DNA of 63,531 bases, the filler included, from Aduncisulcus paluster (taxonomy: Eukaryota): the NCBI GenBank assembly GCA_024181965.1. It is 9 parts of 9 records of this genome, joined end to end, with 100 filler letters (N's around TTAATTAATTAA, not from the genome) between each part and the next. Parts side by side here need not be neighbours in the genome. Positions count along the whole stretch, not along the records: positions 60,931 to 63,531 come from BQXS01009750.1; 8 more parts are not named here. One strand, 5' to 3'. Position numbers and translations under genes: made by a program. Positions 60,931 through 63,531 of the stretch are shown one piece after another (positions within the stretch are counted from its first letter, which is position 1; each line of letters begins with the position of its first letter). Under the pieces are notes generated by a model, which worked only from the letters and a program-made list of their open reading frames with translations, did not search any database and was not told where the DNA came from.

Positions 60931-63531
60931 CAATACAATCAGAATGCACAGAAGCAGCATCCATTCCTTCATCAACAACACATTGAGTTGTGGGGTAGTC
61001 AACAAGTGTATCGACACACGATGGGATAGAAGAGGCGGATTGTGAAGCATCGAGGGAGACACATGTCGGTGGAGCAGACGAAGACGAAGACGAAGACGAA
61101 GACGAAGAAGAGGAGGAGGAGGAGTTATAATCACGATAACTGAACAGGGCACACTCGACCTGATACTCATCACTCCACACTTCACGACACACAACATTGT
61201 CCGAGGGCGTCATGGAAGACAGAGCATCGGAACAGTGTGCACAATACGATGAATCTTGAGCAATCAAAGAATCACTGCTACCCACATTCACGGAGAGAGC
61301 TGGCGAAAGAGGGAACAGTGCAGCATACACAGTGTCGGACACATTGCACAGCTTGTTCTCACGCACGTCAAGCGAAGACAGACCAGAGATCGGGAACAAG
61401 AGCGAGATGTCCGTGAGACCATTCGAACGGATGGACAGGGTGGACAATGCAGGGAACATGCTGAGAGAACGCAAGGAAGTGTCACATAATCCAACAGAAT
61501 CCAGGATCAATGTCGTCAGAGAGGGCAGGGAGGACAATGTTGTCAGGGAGGAAGATAGTGTTGTGGATAAGGGGTTGCTGCTGAGGTTGAGCTCTGTTAA
61601 TGCATTCATGGAGGAGAGGGCAGAAATGTCTGAGATGTTGATAGTATCAAGATAGAGATTTGTCATTTTTGTCAATCCTGCAAGTGGGGAAATATCAGAA
61701 ATGCCGATGTTATATCCAAGGTTGAGATAGGATAATGATGTCAGAGAGTTCAAGGAAGAGATATCAGAGATATTATTATTATGAAGATATAAATTTGCTA
61801 ATTTCGACATCCCTGAGAGGAATGAAATATCTGAGAGAGTGTTTGAATTTAAATCTAAAGTAAGCAGCTCAAGTTTCTCAGAAAGAACAGAAATGTCTGA
61901 GATATTGTTTGTACCAAGGTACAAAATCGACAGCTTTGACATTCCAGATAGAGCAGAGATATCAGAAATAGCGTTTGATTGTAATCTAAGGTCAGTGAGA
62001 TTAGTGATGTTGACAAGAGGTGAAACATCTGAAATATTGTTTGAATAAAGATGGAGAGTCGTTAAATTTATCATTCCAGATAGAGCAGAGATATCCGAGA
62101 TGTTATTTTCATAGAGATACAGATATACTAATTCATCCATGTTTGACAAAGAATCAATGGAAATAATCTGATTATATCCAAGGTGTAAATATGTCAATTT
62201 CACCAAACTTTCCAATGAGCTCACATCAGATATTTGATTGTTGTACAAATGCAAATTGGTTAGATTCAACAATCCAGATAAATCCGAAATGTCAGATATT
62301 TGATTTGAATAAAGGTATAGAATATTCATATCATTCATTCCAGAGAGGGCAGAGATATCTGAGATATTGTTGTTGTAGAGATACAAATACTGTAAACTTA
62401 TCATGTTTATCAAAGAATCAATTGAAGCAATTTCATTGTATGCAAGATGCAAATATGTTAGCTTTGTTAGAGAATTCAAATAGGAGATATCTGATATGTT
62501 GTTCACCTGGAGTTCTAATCTCACCAATTCTTCCATTCCAGATAGAGCAGAGATATCCGAGATGTTATTGTAATGGATATACAACTCTGTCAATTGGAGT
62601 ATATTTGAGAGAGATGAAATCGATGATATTTGGTTATGTCCAAGATGAAGATATGTGAGATTGGAGATGTTGACAAGAGGTGAAACATCTGAGATACTGT
62701 TTGAATAAAGATATAGAGTCGTTAAGTTTATCATTCCNNNNNNNNNNNNNNNNNNNNCAAATAGGAGATATCTGATATGTTGTTCACCTGGAGTTCTAAT
62801 CTCACCAATTCTTCCATTCCAGATAGAGCAGAGATATCCGAGATGTTATTGTAATGGATATACAACTCTGTCAATTGGAGTATATTTGAGAGAGATGAAA
62901 TCGATGATATTTGGTTATGTCCAAGATGAAGATATGTGAGATTGGAGATGTTGACAAGAGGTGAAACATCTGAGATACTGTTTGAATAAAGATATAGAGT
63001 CGTTAAGTTTATCATTCCTGATAGAGCAGAGATATCCGAGATGTTATTTTCATAGAGATACAGATATACTAATTCATCCATGTTTGACAAAGAATCAATG
63101 GAAATAATCTGATTATATCCAAGGTGTAAATATGTCAATTTCACCAAACTTTCCAATGAGCTCACATCAGATATTTGATTGTTGTACAAATGCAAATTGG
63201 TTAGATTCAACAATCCAGATAAATCCGAAATGTCAGATATTTGATTTGAATAAAGGTATAGAATATTCATATCATTCATTCCAGAGAGGGCAGAGATATC
63301 TGAGATATTGTTGTTGTAGAGATACAAATACTGTAAACTTATCATGTTTATCAAAGAATCAATTGAAGCAATTTCATTGTATGCAAGATGCAAATATGTT
63401 AGCTTTGTTAGAGAATTCAAATAGGAGATATCTGATATGTTGTTCACCTGGAGTTCTAATCTCACCAATTCTTCCATTCCAGATAGAGCAGAGATATCCG
63501 AGATGTTATTGTAATGGATATACAACTCTGT
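60931..63531 (-). CDS. Internalin-like 22-aa LRR protein with a Cys-rich C-terminal cap, internal fragment
   Basis: Long run of LxxLxLxxNxISDISxL repeats; ORFs join through the duplicate 62477-62737/62758-63018. Confidence 0.92.

Noticed and set aside
1171-63018. Direct repeats flanking the seven 20-N gaps as real tandem duplications
   Set aside because: Each repeat starts and ends at the gap, and collapsing it restores a single ORF where the gap is in a gene; these are unmerged contig overlaps.

Overview
Eukaryotic, gene-dense, intron-poor protist DNA read with the standard code. The expanded LRR surface proteins, degenerate kinase and poly-Ser/poly-Glu tracts resemble a free-living fornicate such as Aduncisulcus, but that identification is inference. 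The window is not one locus: nine contigs are joined by eight artificial 100-nt linkers (N44-TTAATTAATTAA-N44), and seven internal 20-N gaps are flanked by duplicated sequence. Recognisable genes: RPN7 (one intron), importin-5, Nup85, poly(A) polymerase (3' part), dihydropyrimidinase (5' part), a C2H2/PHD zinc-finger protein, a pseudokinase, a WW-domain protein, a Gly-rich type I membrane protein and two LRR surface proteins. Mobile DNA: an RLE-type non-LTR retrotransposon, a Ty3/gypsy gag-pol and a zinc-finger transposase-like fragment. Main finding: two different 180-190 bp LTR-like units (55005-55194, preceded by a polypurine tract; 59016-59197, just upstream of gag-pol) each contain a tRNA-like core with Pol III A and B boxes at canonical tRNA spacing followed by an oligo-T terminator. 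This suggests LTR retrotransposons, at least one protein-coding, with tRNA-derived LTRs. A candidate ~300-nt structured ncRNA lies at 24961-25255.
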